Part shown: piece by piece, positions 21,776 through 35,350 of the stretch
How the letters are laid out: every line of letters begins with the position of its first letter
Numbering within the stretch: the first letter of the stretch is position 1
Assembly: GCF_006345805.1 (NCBI RefSeq)
Contig: NC_043020.1
Location: 2,790,001-2,854,000 of the forward strand
Direction: 5' to 3'
Length of the DNA: 64,000 nt
From: Octopus sinensis
Lineage: Eukaryota
The notes under the pieces: model-generated
What the model was told of the DNA's origin: nothing
Databases searched by the model: none
The model's input: the letters and a program-made list of their open reading frames with translations, nothing else
Position numbers and translations under genes: made by a program

Positions 21776-22254
21776 ACTCTATGTATAGGACTTTACTGTC
21801 CATTAAAAGAAGTTCTTAGTTCACACATTGAGTGTGAGATAACTGATAATGCACAGTGTTATCAGATTATTGCGCATCCGATCACCAATTAGTTACAGTG
21901 GAAACAAAAAATAATTTTAATGTAACACGTTCGTTATGGAATAAAGTGAAAGAAATTGTTTTAATTAAATTCTCTATTAATAACGTAAAGTGTACTAGCC
22001 ATCTGAATGTGGCTAGCCACTGGGGGCGGGTGTTACTGACGCTTTTAGCCCCAGGAGATCGACGTCTCCAGCTGGCCTTAGACACAATTTCTGTGCCCTT
22101 ATGATATTTGCAAAGGGAGGTCATCCTCCCTCGAAAACCTAAGTGATACATACAGACTATAGTTTCAAGGTTTTTGCCTCTCGTCATCGTTCGGAGATTT
22201 ATTAATGCTCTCTATTAATATTCTTGTTTATAATGCATAAAATGGCAAAATAAA

Positions 22255-22525
22255 GCCGGGCTGGTTTAAGCCAAGTAGACAGGTTTGTTCAAATTAAGTC
22301 CTGCGCCAAAAGAGGGCCCCTGGCACACACTCAAGTGGAGGATGTTATGATAAATTTTTAGTATATCATCGTGGTTAATGCTGGAGTCTCAAGCACTCAA
22401 CGCTTTTTGGCTGAGGTTGACGTACTTCAGGAAGCATAAAACATCAATCTTCAGTTTTTGTAGAGATGGGGGCCCCACTTTATAAATTCTCTACTTGGGC
22501 CCCACACTATTTTGTGCTGGCCCTG
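22255..22525. mobile_element. hAT-like MITE
   Basis: Imperfect termini ccgggctgg...ctggccctg and internal gggcccc motifs. Confidence 0.45.
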
Positions 22526-24749
22526 GATAGAGTAGTAATGTCTAAAACTGAAAAATGATGTTGTGATCATAAAACACAAGAATACTTTATATTTTTACGT
22601 TGCCATAACCTGCAATAAATTTTTTTTTAGATATTAATCTGACCCCAACCAACAAAAAGGAAAAGACCCGAAAAGGAGAAGAAATTTAGGATCCCTTATC
22701 TTTTACTTCTTTCAGTCATTTGACTGCAACTGTGCTGGGACGCACAACCTTGAAGAATTTTTAGTCGAACAAATCAAGCGCAGTACTTATTCTTAAGCCC
22801 GAAACTTATTCTATTGGTCTCTTTTGCCAAACTACTAAGTTATGAGGACATAAACAAACCATCATTGGTTGCCAAGCACCACTGAGGGACAAACACATAT
22901 ATGATGGGCTTCTTTCAGGCGTATCCCACTACTAATATAAGTTTCAAATTTTGGCATAAGACTTGCAAGTTCAGGAGAGGTGGGTAAATTGATTCCATCG
23001 ACCCCAGTGCTCATTTTGTCGACTTCAAAAGGATGAAAAGCAAAGTTCACCTCAACAGAATTTGAACTCAGAACATAGAGATGGCTGAAATGCTGCTAAG
23101 CACTTTGTCCAGCATGCTAACAATGCTGCCAGCTTACTGCCTAATCCCACTACAAATAGTAATTTCAAATTTTAGCACAAGGCCAGCAATTCGGTGCAGG
23201 TGCTAAGTTGATTACATTGACTCAACTAATACTTATTTTATCATCCCCTACAGGATGAAAGCCAAAGTCAACCTCAGCAGAATTTGAACTCAGAATGTGA
23301 AGCCAGTTGAAATGACACTAGCACACTAACATTTTTGCCAACTCACCACCCTTTGCCTACAACCAATATTAACTTAACTTTTATTCTTCTGCAGCTTGAT
23401 GAAAAATAAATGCCTGCTGTTAATGTTGTCACTGTTGTTGTTGGTGGTGGTGTTTAGTCCCTCTTCTCTCTTCTCTGTGCACCTGTCACATCTGAAGGGT
23501 ACCTTTCTTGTTAGACTGCTGTGATCCCACTGCACATCTTGTGCACTTATTGTTTACATTGGATACACCATATGGAGTTTTCACTAATACTTTCTTGCAC
23601 ATCAATTATGGCCATTTCCTTAATGGCTGGAGAATCTTATTTTGAAAAGCAGCAACAAACCTGTACATAAGGTAGTCACTGCAGTTCAAATCTTAACTGA
23701 CCAGTGCTGCAAAACTCCATAGTCTTCTGAGGCAAACAGATGCTACCTATTACATTATTCTTGAAGAAGGATTACCTTCCAAAATCTTGGCTAAATTCAC
23801 ATATTTTTCTTCACTGCTTTTGTGGACTCCCGTGACTTTCTGTTGCTATCCTATTCCATTATTATGAATTTGAGTCATAGTGAACCTTTCATTAACTGAT
23901 TACACAATCATGGATGCTGCTCCTAAGAATGTGCTGCAGTTACTCTCTTGATAAAGCTTGGTGGTCCTGACTGTTGATCTTCGGTTGGCTCAGATGAACT
24001 CCTCTGCAACCCTTTGACATATCCACCATGCTGCAGTCCCATGCTGTATTCCTGACCGGGTGGCTGAACAGGTACTTTACCTTGCCAAAGGGCAGCCTGT
24101 ATCTATGCAGGGCACGGCCATCACTTCATGAGATATTTTCAAAATACCTGCATACCTTAATTCATATTAAGGTACTTCAATTCTAAGTTTTGTTTGTATG
24201 TCTGGAATTTTGTGGTCAAATCTTCCATAAATATGTATGGGAGGGAGAGGTGCATATGCAACATACGAATAATAAGATTCATTAGTCTTGCAAAAAGACA
24301 TGACAACTTCTTTAGAGCCGGTTCCAGGACAAAGTTCATCCAGTCCACTCTGTAAAATAGTCAGTGTTAGGAAGGGTATCCCTCAGTAGAAACCACACCA
24401 AAACTGAGTGGTGGTGGTATAAGTTTATGAAAGGAGGAATGGCAGTGTTCACGGCCTTTACAACAAGTCCTCCCAAATTGGTGTCATTGTTATTGTTCTG
24501 TGTTATTTCTATCATTTGTCCTTTCTCTATGATTAGCTTTATTTAAATAATTGGGGATCATCTCCATTCTAAAAGACTATGCAATGATAGTTTCTGTATT
24601 CAGTCCCTTCTCACATTACTAAAACCCTACCTGAACACTTGCAAAAAGAAAATGTAGGAAACTGGAAGACAGTGGGGTCTGTTCTGATACTTGCAACATT
24701 GTCCGTTTTGTCTGCTAAAGGTTTGCAAAGACTAAGTGGAAATATCAAA

Positions 24750-25000
24750 TTAAGCAGGTATCACAAGCAAGGACCTATGACACTGTGTAGCAAAATGGGC
24801 AACGACGACAAAGGAGGACCTCTCCGAACTCCTATGTCCGCAGATGGTCGGTCTGCGTAGATGAAACCGCAAATGGCTCGCTATCTCCAGTGACCTCGCA
24901 CGGGACCATCGAGCGTGAGCCGCCAGGGTTTGTGATGCCGTTAGGACCAGAGAAGAAGCTGGCTCAACCCGCCCTAGGTGAACGCCGTCACAAGTACAAG
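24750..25000 (+). mobile_element. Decayed LINE 3' end (RTE-like)
   Basis: GC-rich RRxxGGP.RT-type segment that ends in a caagtacaag short-repeat tail. Confidence 0.4.
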
Positions 25001-25213
25001 ATATTGCTCCCTCCCTTTCTTCCAGATATTCTATGGAATTATAACCAGAACTGATTTGTGTTACGACGATTCGTATCCAAAACGTCAGATGCAAACAAAC
25101 AATGAGATCGAAGATGAAAAAATATGTGGAGACAATCCTAACAATTGATGTAAGGCGCACTGCTAACACAGTAGGACACGGTATTAGCTTATAAAAACGT
25201 TTAATATACTTTA

Positions 25214-25396
25214 GAGCAGTGCCCCGCAACATTTTTTCACTTGCGGTATACTTATATGCTTTTCAAATTTCGGCGGCACACCTGAACTAAAAATATAACT
25301 AAAAGTATAGGGGAAAAAAATTATATTCAGGTTACACTGCGGCACACCTAGCATCGTCAGGTGACGCGGCACACCGGTTGCGGAGCTTTGCTTTTG
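25214..25396. mobile_element. hAT-like MITE
   Basis: cagtgccccgcaac...ggttgcggagctttg termini with three gcggcacacc subterminal motifs. Confidence 0.5.
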
Positions 25397-25768
25397 AGTA
25401 TATTATGGTGGCATTATGAAATGCCGCATCTCTACAAGTCATTAATGCTTACATACCAGCTTCCAGGAATGTGTTTCATAGGCAAAATTGGCAGATCCAG
25501 AAACGTTACACGGCTGTATTTAATGGTTATTTAAGCAATGTATTCGTGGACGATTAAGAGCTGACGAAGGAGCAAAGACTCTCCAAATATGGCCTATACG
25601 CTCATTATCCTTTTTACGTCTTCGATCTCATTGTTTGTTTACACCTGACGTCTTGAATATGAATTACCTTAAAACAAATATCAGCGCTGGCTATAATTTC
25701 TATAGAAAATCTGTAGAGATAACCCAACCCCAACAGGTGATTTGAAATAAAGGGGGTGTCCTTTTATT

Positions 25769-26222
25769 AAGGCGGCGAGCTGGCAAAATCGTTAGTGCGT
25801 CGGGCGAAATGCTTAGAGGTATTTCATCTGCCGTTACGTTCTGAGTTCAAATTCCGCCGAGGTCGACTTTGCCTTTCGGGGTCGATAAATTAAGTACCAG
25901 TTACGCACTGGGGTAGATGTAATCGACTTAATCCCTTTGTCTGTCCTTGTTTGTCTCCTCTATGTTTAGCCCCTTGTGGGCAGTAAAGAAATAGGTTGTG
26001 TACAATTTCTCTATTTTAAATCGTTAGTGCGTCGGGCGAAATGCTTAGAGGTATTTCATCTGCCGCTACGTTCTGAGTTCAAATTCCGCCGAGATCGACT
26101 TTGCCTTTCATCCTTTTGGGGGTCGATAAATAAAGTACCAGTTTCGCACTGGGGTCGATGTAATCGACTTACTCCCTTTGTTTGTCCCTTCTGTGTTTAG
26201 CTCTTTGTGGGCAATAAAGAAA
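25769..26222 (+). mobile_element. tRNA-derived SINE family B, tandem dimer just upstream of MANBAL
   Basis: aaggcggcgagctggc...ctgagttcaaattccgccgaggtcgac...gcaataaagaaa, present twice. Confidence 0.85.
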
Positions 26223-26386
26223 TATATTATTGCTACCATGACAACTTGAAAAATGTGTCAGAAAGGAAAGCGAAGAGTAATGGGAGATAACCGAGACACA
26301 CAGCATTGTTTGACAGACATATATGTTGTAGCAATAACATTTAAAGCAACCATCGTCTTGCTGAGGTTATCAAAATATTTCCAACC

Positions 26387-26515
26387 ATGACCGTTGTGAT
26401 CGAACAACCGACCATTATGGATCGACTTTTGGAAGCTGGATTATTTGTGGGAGCAATTTTCCAATTGATTTGTATCTTCGCTATTATAGTTCTGCCTACA
26501 AGTGTTGAAGAGAAG
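26387..26515 (+). CDS. MANBAL: MANBAL/UPF0239 small membrane protein, coding exon 1
   Basis: [28 protein letters not shown] matches human MANBAL [28 protein letters not shown]. ccaaccATG start context and AAG|gt donor, phase 0. Confidence 0.92.
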
Positions 26516-27837
26516 GTATTCAGTCTCAGTTATTTGATACACATACACACCCCACGCACGCAAGCACTTACTTGACATTTGACTTTTGTTCTTGTTATAA
26601 ATACTTACATGGGATAGGATAGACAGAGGGAATAGTCCAAGTGGTAGCTTGGAATTATTGTGGTGTAATATATAGGGATGTAAGGTTCTTAAGGCAATTT
26701 TTTGGTTTTAGGTGCCTATATATGCGGGACTTTATAATGGTGCGTGTGTTACAATGTAGAAAAACCAAACCTTTTGCTGTCTAAACATAATTGTGAGGGC
26801 ACCAAACGTTTTGGACGGTTCTATAGATGGAGCTCAGCTGGCCGAAACTTCGAAGCCACTGTCAACAAGATTCTTGTATAAAATTAATAAATTTATACTC
26901 CACAAAAATATAGAGTCACTCATCAGATTAATATAAAATTGTTTTTATTATAAGCCAACATAAAAACAAACAATATATATATATACACTATATGTATGTG
27001 TATTTATATATATACACTATATGTGTATATATATATAGATTATATGTATGTGTATATATATATATATATACACTATATATACACACATATATATATATCT
27101 ATATTATATACACACACACACATATATATATAATTAAAGTGGATCCTCTCTTATTGTTTTATATATATATATATATTATATATATACTATATATATATAT
27201 AATATATACACTATATATATATATATATAATATATACACTATACATATATATATATAATATATACACTATATATATATATATATATATACATACAAACAC
27301 ACATATATATATATATATGAGAGGGAAAGAAAGAGCGAGAGACTTTTTTGTTGCCGCACGCAAAGACGACTTTCTCTGTCAACCTACCTGTTATTCCAGA
27401 ATAACAAGTTTAAAAGGAAGCTGTGTGTGGACACTTAGAATCAGGTATTCAAAGCTAAGTCTGAGGACGCCAGGAATGGTTGGCACTTAGTACCGAGCTG
27501 ACTGTACTTTAAAGTAACGCTTAGGTGTTAGTATACTGTATGTATGTGTGTATGTGTGTTTCTATCTACCTACCTACCTACCTACACAAAGACATACTAA
27601 GGTGCTTCGTTTCACCATGGTCGTCGATGAACTGGGTATCTTCCGTTTCTACCTTACCTCTTTATGTTTATATCATGCACGGTAACTTCAAAAGAACTTC
27701 CCTCGTCATACAATCGCTTTCTCTTAGTCTCTTTCGGTCTCATTACTTCAAAAGTTCCCGCAAGCCCATATGTAAAAAAAAAAAATTTTTTTACGGAAAT
27801 CGACGGAAAGGTCTACTAGAGACGAAAGATTGCCATA

Positions 27838-27875
<38 letters not shown>

Positions 27876-27879
27876 TATG

Positions 27880-27985
<106 letters not shown>

Positions 27986-28371
27986 GTTTGTAAAAAAACC
28001 CATTAAAAATTTATCCGTTTTTCTGAAAGTTATGAGGAAACAAAGCTGACACGTGTTAATTTTCCGAAATTCCTCACCCATATTCGGAAAAAAATTTTTT
28101 CAACACAGATTTCCATACAATGGTAATTTACACTATCTGAAGCATACATATAAAAAATTTCATTTAGAATATGTATTTTTCCGAAAGCTATGAGGCCACA
28201 AAGTGTAGGTATTCCATATATATATAAATATATATATACTTTATTTAAAGCAGCAGAAAATTCAACAAAATCTGTTTACTCTGCTGCTTTAAATAAAGCA
28301 TATTACTCTACCACTGGTATTTGAGTACTCTTTTTTCCACCTTGTTTCACATTTATGTGTTTACTCCAGTG

Positions 28372-28423
<52 letters not shown>

Positions 28424-28723
28424 TATGTATATCATACCGTAGGTCTACTAGGAATAGTGCTTACAGGACACAAGCTAGGGTTTGCTCAATCTTGGCTGGG
28501 TTGCTTGGGTGAGGATGTTTCTTTGATCAAAGATCCAAAGCACCTAATGACCCTAGGAAATATCAATGATGATATATCCAGGTGCATCACACGTTGGGGC
28601 ATGGAAAACTATCCCTTGAGACTGCAATTCAATTGATTTTTTTTTTTTTTGTCTAAATAGTTTGCTAGACATGTCTTCTGCTGTTCTTGTAAGCAGTTAA
28701 GTAGAAGAGAGATAAATGAAAGA

Positions 28724-28952
28724 ATATTCGCGGAAGTAAAAAACATGGACCGCATCCCCTTTCGGTTTTTTGGTTTTTTTTAAACTACAGAAACCCACCT
28801 TTTTCGACTGCAGAGATATCAAATGTTCAAAAAAAAATTGGCATTTCAAAATTTTAACCCCTCCCCCCATTTTTCACTTTTTTAGAAATCTCTTTTGGCG
28901 AAAAACGTAGAAAATGGGGATGCGGTCCATTTCCTTTACCTCCGCGACAATA
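28724..28952. mobile_element. MITE with about 35-bp imperfect TIRs
   Basis: tcgcggaagtaaaaaacatggaccgcatcccc / ggggatgcggtccatttcctttacctccgcga. Confidence 0.75.
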
Positions 28953-29994
28953 GTCTACCCAAGAAGGGAAATTAAGAGTGGTCTAAAGTTTTTGATATGT
29001 TGTGAATTGTTGTAGAAAAACAAAATTTTTTGAGCGATTTTTTATAAGTTTATTAAACTTTTTTAAAAATTTTTCTTTAAGCTATTTTTGAGATTTCTTG
29101 AAAAAAAATTTTCAAAATATTTTTCACCTTTTCTTGTTTTGTTCTTAACTTTCTTTAACTTCTCGTAATTTATTCAGTTAGTTATTCTATTGTGTTAGAA
29201 GTATTTCATCCCCCTCTCCTTTACCTTCTTAACTTCTGCTAACGGAGTTACCCTCTTGTGTTACTACACATACATCGCGGCACTCCGTCGGTTGCGACGA
29301 CGAGGGTTCTAGTTGATCCGATCAGCGGAACAGCCTCCTCGTGAAATTAACGTGCAAGTGGCTGAGCACCCCACAGAATCTCGGGGAGAGTCAGCGTGAC
29401 ACAGAGTGTGACAAAGCTGGCCCTTTGAAATACAGGTACAACAGAAAAAGGATGAAAGAGTGAGAGAAAGCTGTGGTGAAAGAGTAAAGCAGGGTTCGCC
29501 ATCACTTCCTGCCGGAGCCTCGAAAAACTTTAGATATTTTCGCTCAATAAACAGTCACAACGCCCGGTCTGTGAATCGAAACCGCAACCCTACGACCGCG
29601 AATCCGCTGCTCTAACCATGGGGCCATTGCGCCTCCATACACACATATTATGGTAAATGATACCGTGGCGGGGTAATGTGGTATAGTAGTGCTTGTATGT
29701 TACCTGTAGTTCCGTTATCTGTATATTAGAGAATTACATTGTGTTGATTGTATCAGAAAAAAGGGAAAAAAAGGTGTTCAGTTTAAGACCAGAATTTAGC
29801 TAAATTGTGCTGAATGAACAATTTATAAATATGAAATAAGGCGTCGAAATTGTGATGATTTGTGATTTTTTTGGTTGATAACTGAATGTACCGTGTGGGT
29901 GTATAACTATTGACATACCTGTTTTACCTGTTGTAGTGATAACTTATTATTGTAGTGTATACATATAATATGAGAGAGAGTGGGGTAGTATAAT

Positions 29995-30385
29995 ATTCTT
30001 TTGTACTCTAGGCACAAGGCCCGAAATTTTTGGGGAGAGGACCAGTCGATTAGATCGACTCTAGTACACAACTGGTGCTTGATTTATCGACCCCGAAAAG
30101 ATAAAAGGCAAAGTCGACCTCGGCGGAATTTGAACTCAGAATGTAAGGACAGACGAAATACATATTTCTTTATTGCCCACAAGGGGCTAAACATAAAGGG
30201 GACAAACAAGGACAGACAAACGGATTAAGTCGATTATATCGACCCCAGTGCGTAACTGGTTCTTATTTAATCGACCACGAAAGGATGAAAGGCAAAGTCG
30301 ATCTCGGCGGAATTTGAACTCAGAACGTAACGGCAGACGAAATACGGCTACGCATTTCGCCCGGCGTGCTAACGATTCTGCCAGT
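29995..30385 (-). mobile_element. SINE family B tandem copies
   Basis: Reverse complement of the family B body, present twice. Confidence 0.8.
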
Positions 30386-30389
30386 CAGT

Positions 30390-30830
30390 TTGTTGGCTGG
30401 TCTCATACAGACAGAGGACTTAGCAGTTGTTTAGCCTTGTGTCAACCTGGCTTTAATCAAACTGGAAACATTGCAGCTATGCTCAGCCTGTATTTATTTT
30501 CGGGCAATTATACCTTTTCTCTTCTTGAGACAGTAGCGTCTGCTGTGAGAAGGGTTGCTTTAATTGTTATGAAGTGACCAAATAAGAGGAACGTTCAGTG
30601 CTAAATCAACAGTTAGTTTGCTTTGGTTAATCACTAGTGCACTTAGTGATCTCAAGAAACAAACAGATTTCTCTGGAATTTCTACTTTATCAAACATCTG
30701 GTTGACGAAACACAACAGTGTCGAAAACCTGGTCGTCCCCAAATCTCTTGTACCAACAAATTATGTTATGAGCACACCCACGATTAACATATTCCTCTTC
30801 GAATCTGCTGGAACCTATTAAGAATGAATA
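30390..30830 (-). mobile_element. Heavily decayed Tc1/mariner-like N-terminal fragment
   Basis: SRFEEEY...NIICWYKRF and FLRS...LIWSLH in shifted frames resemble mariner HTH regions. Confidence 0.3.
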
Positions 30831-31364
30831 TGCAAATAATATCTGTCTTCGTTGTGATTGATAGTAAAGATATTGCGTGGTGTACAGAACAAAATATAGT
30901 TTAATGTGTGTGTGTAATGAAGTCTCCATAAACTGGAAGAAAAAGCGTACCTTCCACACCATCTGAGGGATATTTGTAGAAAATTTCATCAAAAGATATG
31001 CACTTTTCTGAAAGCTATGAAGAAACAAAGTCAGGTGGGGGGGATCCCCTTGTGAAGGTACGCCGAAGAAAATTCAGCATTCTTTTGGTTTATGATTATA
31101 AGTTAAAAGAATATAAAAGTTTTTTTGTAATCAGGGGTGACCAAACGAAACTGAAAAAGTTAAACATTTTATTAAATCTAGTAACATTTTTAAAACAGAT
31201 CATACACTGCCTATTCAGGAGGCCAAACGTCAAAAATGTGTTGAAGTATTGAATCAAAAGGATCTCTTTTAATCCAATCTCTTGTCGCCTCATAAACTCA
31301 GTTTTTTTCCCATTTTTTTAATGGGGGTGAGATAACCAAAAAGTACCCAAGTTTTGTTTAAAAG

Positions 31365-31760
31365 TGTCTGTGAAAGAAGAGATGTTGGACTTAGTTGCAT
31401 TAAAAGAAACAACTCGTGGTGTTGACATTAAAAATGCGCTTGACGGAACCTTAACACGTGCTGATGTTCCACTGAATAAACTCGTCAGTGTTGCCACAGA
31501 TGGAGCACCTGCAATGGTGGGGAAAAACTGTAGTATTGATTGATTGCACTTATGAAAAAGATGATCCCAGCTTTACAGAGTCTCTCCCCCCTGTTCATTG
31601 CATTATTCATCGTGAACACCTGGCAGCCAGAGACTTCAAGTATGAAGATGTTATGAAATCTATCCTTGAAATTGGCAATTTCAGACGCTTTTATTGAAGA
31701 ACTGGAGCTTAAAGATAAACCCAGTGACGTCTCGTTCTACTGTGAGGTGGCTGTCGGCTA
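31365..31760 (+). mobile_element. hAT transposase fragment (GTF2IRD2/EPM2AIP1/Buster-like)
   Basis: KEEMLDLVALKETTRGVDIKNAL...LVSVATDGAPAMVGK...VHCIIHREHL, frameshifted. Confidence 0.85.
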
Positions 31761-31774
31761 GAAAGTCTTGAGTA

Positions 31775-32305
31775 GTCTGTCTTTACGTTCTGAGTTCAAA
31801 TTCCGCCGAGGTCAACTTTGCCTTTCATCCTTTCGGGGTCGATAAGTTAAGTACCAGTTACGCACTGGGGATCGATATAATCGACTTAATCCGTTCGTCT
31901 CTACTTGTTTGTCCCCTCTGTGTTTAGCCCCTTGTGGGCAGTAAAGAAATAGGCATTTCACCTGTCACTACGTTCTGAGTTCAATTTCCGTCGAGGTCGA
32001 CTTTGCCTTTCATCCTTTTGGGGTTATAAGTACCAGTTACGCACTGGAGTCGATGTAATCGACTTAATCCCTTTGTCTGTCCTTCTTTGTCCCCTCTGTG
32101 TTTAGCCCCTTGTGGGTAGTAAAGAAATAGGCATTTCACCTGTCACTACGTTCTGAGTTCAATTTCCGCCGAGGTCGACTTTGCCTTTCATCCTTTTGGG
32201 GTTATAAGTACCAGTTACGCACTGGAGTCGATGTAATCGACTTAATCCCTTTGTCTGTCCTTCTTTGTCCCCGCTATGTTTAGTCCCTCGTGGTCAATAA
32301 AGAAA
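31775..32305 (+). mobile_element. SINE family B head-to-tail trimer (period about 180 bp)
   Basis: gttctgagttcaa at about 31787, 31972 and 32150. Units 2 and 3 are nearly identical. Confidence 0.85.
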
Positions 32306-33422
32306 TATGAATAAACGAATCCAGGTAAAAAAAAAAAAAGTTACGGTGGTGTGGGGGTTGTCCGAGGGGGATTTTGTTCGGATCCCATAAATTAATTGTG
32401 ACTTTATTTACTGGCCACCAAATATACATAGCGAATTTTTAAAAATAGAAATTCTTAATTTTTATGGCTTTCTCGTCGTTATTATTTTAAAATATGGTAG
32501 GAAATCAATTTTCCACCTTGTGTAATATTACCAAAAAAAAAATCTTATGGGGGGAGGGGTACAGAAGGACGTCTTTTCCTTGTAATTAACGGTGTTCCCA
32601 GCCATGACTATCCCTTTTATTTTTATAAATCAAGGACTATATTATCCAGTGTTTCATTCTTTTCTCTAACATGATGAATTGAGGTAGATTTGGCTACTAT
32701 TTCGAATACGTCGACCGAGCATCTAATCTCTACAAGTTCTCTCGTTTGTCGCCCGGTTCATGTTTATGTATAAATGCAGTTTATCCAATAAAAGTACTTA
32801 GGTGAAAAAATATATGGCGGACTTTATTATATAAACATGTTTGTTTTCTTTTAATGATAAATTAGGAATTAGACAAAAATGAATTTCGGCTAAAAGTAAT
32901 GCGTAATTAATTGGCGTTTCGATCAGGTCGTTGCTGTTGGTTAACACAAGATGACTTAGTAAAGGAGGTATTCCGGCCGTGACTTTCCCGTCTTTATTTG
33001 TTCTAACGTCTCTAGGATTACGTTATTTAGTGTGTGTTTTTTTTTCTTTTGGGAGCGTAGGGTGTGATTTGCAGGGATATTTGGCTGCTATGTCTGTTCG
33101 ATCGATCGACCACGTAGATACGTATTGAACGGATTGTTCGTGTAAACAAGAACGGGGAAGGAACTAAAGAGAAAAAAAATACTCGCACTGGTCTTTTAAG
33201 CTTTCCGCGATCACCACGTGGTCGAACGATCTTTTAAATGTAAGAAAATTAGACATTTTCGTAATTAAATTCCATTGTTTTGAAAATCTCGCATCAAACA
33301 TATTTCGTATTTTATCAATATTATTTTATTAAAAAAAATGTAAATATATTTTTTCGGAAAAACATTCAAGTTTGTGAAATCTATTATTAGTATACCTTAT
33401 TTACGAGGCAGCTGTCAGAGCC

Positions 33423-33520
33423 GCCCGCATAGCTCAGTCGGTAGAGCATCAGACTTTTACGGACATCTTAATTGCATTGAAGTGATCTGAGGGTCGCGGG
33501 TTCAAGTCCCTCTGCGGGCG
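33423..33520 (+). tRNA. tRNA-Lys-TTT: tRNA-Lys(TTT) with a 25-nt intron (33460-33484) at canonical position 37/38
   Basis: Perfect acceptor stem GCCCGCA/TGCGGGC, D arm GCTC/GAGC, anticodon stem TCAGA/TCTGA, loop CT-TTT-A^A and T loop TTCAAGT. The exons closely match the canonical metazoan Lys-TTT sequence. Confidence 0.93.
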
Positions 33521-33529
33521 ATGCAATAC

Positions 33530-33545
33530 TTTTAAAATTTTTTTT
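33530..33545 (+). terminator. Pol III oligo-T terminator of tRNA-Lys
   Basis: T4 at 33530-33533 and T8 at 33538-33545, just downstream of the discriminator base. Confidence 0.7.
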
Positions 33546-33721
33546 CACTTTTTTGGTATATTTGATTTTTGTGGACCTGATTTTTTACTTCTTTTTAAGG
33601 CAACAGTTGTTGGTTATTTTTTCCTTGCGTAAAAACATTGTCAATCGTAAAATATGTATTTACTCGTGGTCTGTTCAATGGTTTATTGTTATTAGTTAAT
33701 TTATTGTTAAGGGGATTCCAG

Positions 33722-34141
33722 GGATCTTTTCGGTTTGAACGGCAGTTTCTAACATAATTTCTAGGGAACTAAAATAATTTTAAACTTCGTATACTGGTAG
33801 AATGTGTTTATAAAACATCTTTTTCTCTTGGCTTTATTGAGAAAATTCTATAGTTTGTAAGATATTTGTTATTTTTTTCTTCAATTTCTGCAATTTCAAC
33901 CAATCAGTGACGTCTATTGAGGTAAAAAAAAACATTCTGTGCCGTATGAATACGTCCCTCGTTTAAGAAACAGATTGGGTTTATTTCCATTTGTGAAGAA
34001 AAATAGATACACTTCCTCCCACCTCTAACCCTAACTCTAAAACAGATGGAAATGCAATAGATCGATACTAGGGTCATAATTATGGGTGACTATTTCATAT
34101 GACACCGCTAGAAAAAACTGCCGTTCAAACCGAAAAGATCC
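33722..34141. mobile_element. 420-bp MITE with GG...CC TIRs and an 8-bp TSD (Merlin-like or hAT-like)
   Basis: TIR ggatcttttcggtttgaacggcagttt / aaactgccgttcaaaccgaaaagatcc. TSD gattccag at 33714-33721 and 34142-34149. Confidence 0.9.
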
Positions 34142-35350
34142 GATTCCAGAATATGAATGACTATTCTCTCTATTTAAGGGGTTTATCTAGGACTACAACT
34201 ATAGAAGTCCCCCCCCCCAACCGATTTTGTTTATTCATAACTTTTTTTTAAATTACACATTTTAATGAATATTTCTATAAGTACGTTTTAAATGGCGTAG
34301 ATTCCGATTATATCGGAATTTGTTGCGAAAAACTGCCTCTTTGCCAAAAGGAGCAACAACAACTCATCTACGTGGTCCTGGGTATATTCCAAGTGGTTCA
34401 GAACTGTACAAAAAGTGAAAAACTGAGACAAGTGAAAGAATACAAAATAAGGGGTATTAGATAGACTTTGGAAGAGTGACGTTTCGAGTCTAGGCTCTTC
34501 AACGGAAAGGAATAAGGAAAGAAAATATACGGAAGGAGGAAAAATTCAGCCTTTTTTTTTTAACTTGATTCAGTCATCAGACTGCAGCCATGCTGCCACT
34601 GTCCCTAATGTATATATTTATTAAGAAGCTCACTGGCCAATCGCAACACCAGTGTCTGTTCTGGTACTGATTTTCTATATCTCACTGGTGAGGAAATGAG
34701 TCACTGCTATCTCTAGTGGTTGAGTGTCCATCACTAGCAAGACCCAGGAAGGGCAGAATCACACGATCTGGTGGTCTTGGTGCTGGAGATGGTGGGGATT
34801 CATTTCCCTGCTAGTGATAGGCCTATATAAGAGTGAAAAGCCTATATGAGAGGTTCTCTTGTGGTATCTACCACAGTATAGTTTGTTCTAACAGAACATC
34901 CACGTTTAAGAGGGGATAAATATTACCTCTCAGTATATTAATACTGCCTCCGTCACTAATATATACTCTCCAACAAGTCTACATGGCACCAACCCAACCC
35001 ATCTCTCTTACTGACACTGTCACCTCTCAGAATTCCACCCTTGACAATCTATCCAGTCTTTCTGTCCCTTTAACTTTGTCTGATGTTTGTTTTTTTTCTG
35101 TGCTGACATTGATCAACCACATTGATGACACCACATTTGGAGGCCTACAAAGGTCATGGGTCCTTTCTCATCTCCTCTTTTTTTGAGGTGTAGATCATGT
35201 TAATGTATTGTGAGTGGTTAAAAGAAATCCAGTATTTTTGCTCAAAATTAATGAAAATGGGACTCTAGAAACTGTCCTTCTTTAAAATTATTTTTGCTTC
35301 ATCTTTGTTGTCATTAAGACACTTTCTAATTGTTATTTCTTTTTTTTCAG

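Noticed and set aside
23540-24350. Possible coding or retroelement remnant upstream of MANBAL
   Set aside because: The sequence is complex, but I could not read a convincing motif in any frame, so it is left uncalled.
24750-25232. 160-aa minus-strand ORF
   Set aside because: It is antisense to a probable LINE 3' end, starts inside a MITE and has no recognisable protein features.
34020-34040. cctaaccctaa telomere-like motif (also ttagg at 19845-19872)
   Set aside because: Only 2-3 imperfect units inside MITEs, so not an interstitial telomere array.
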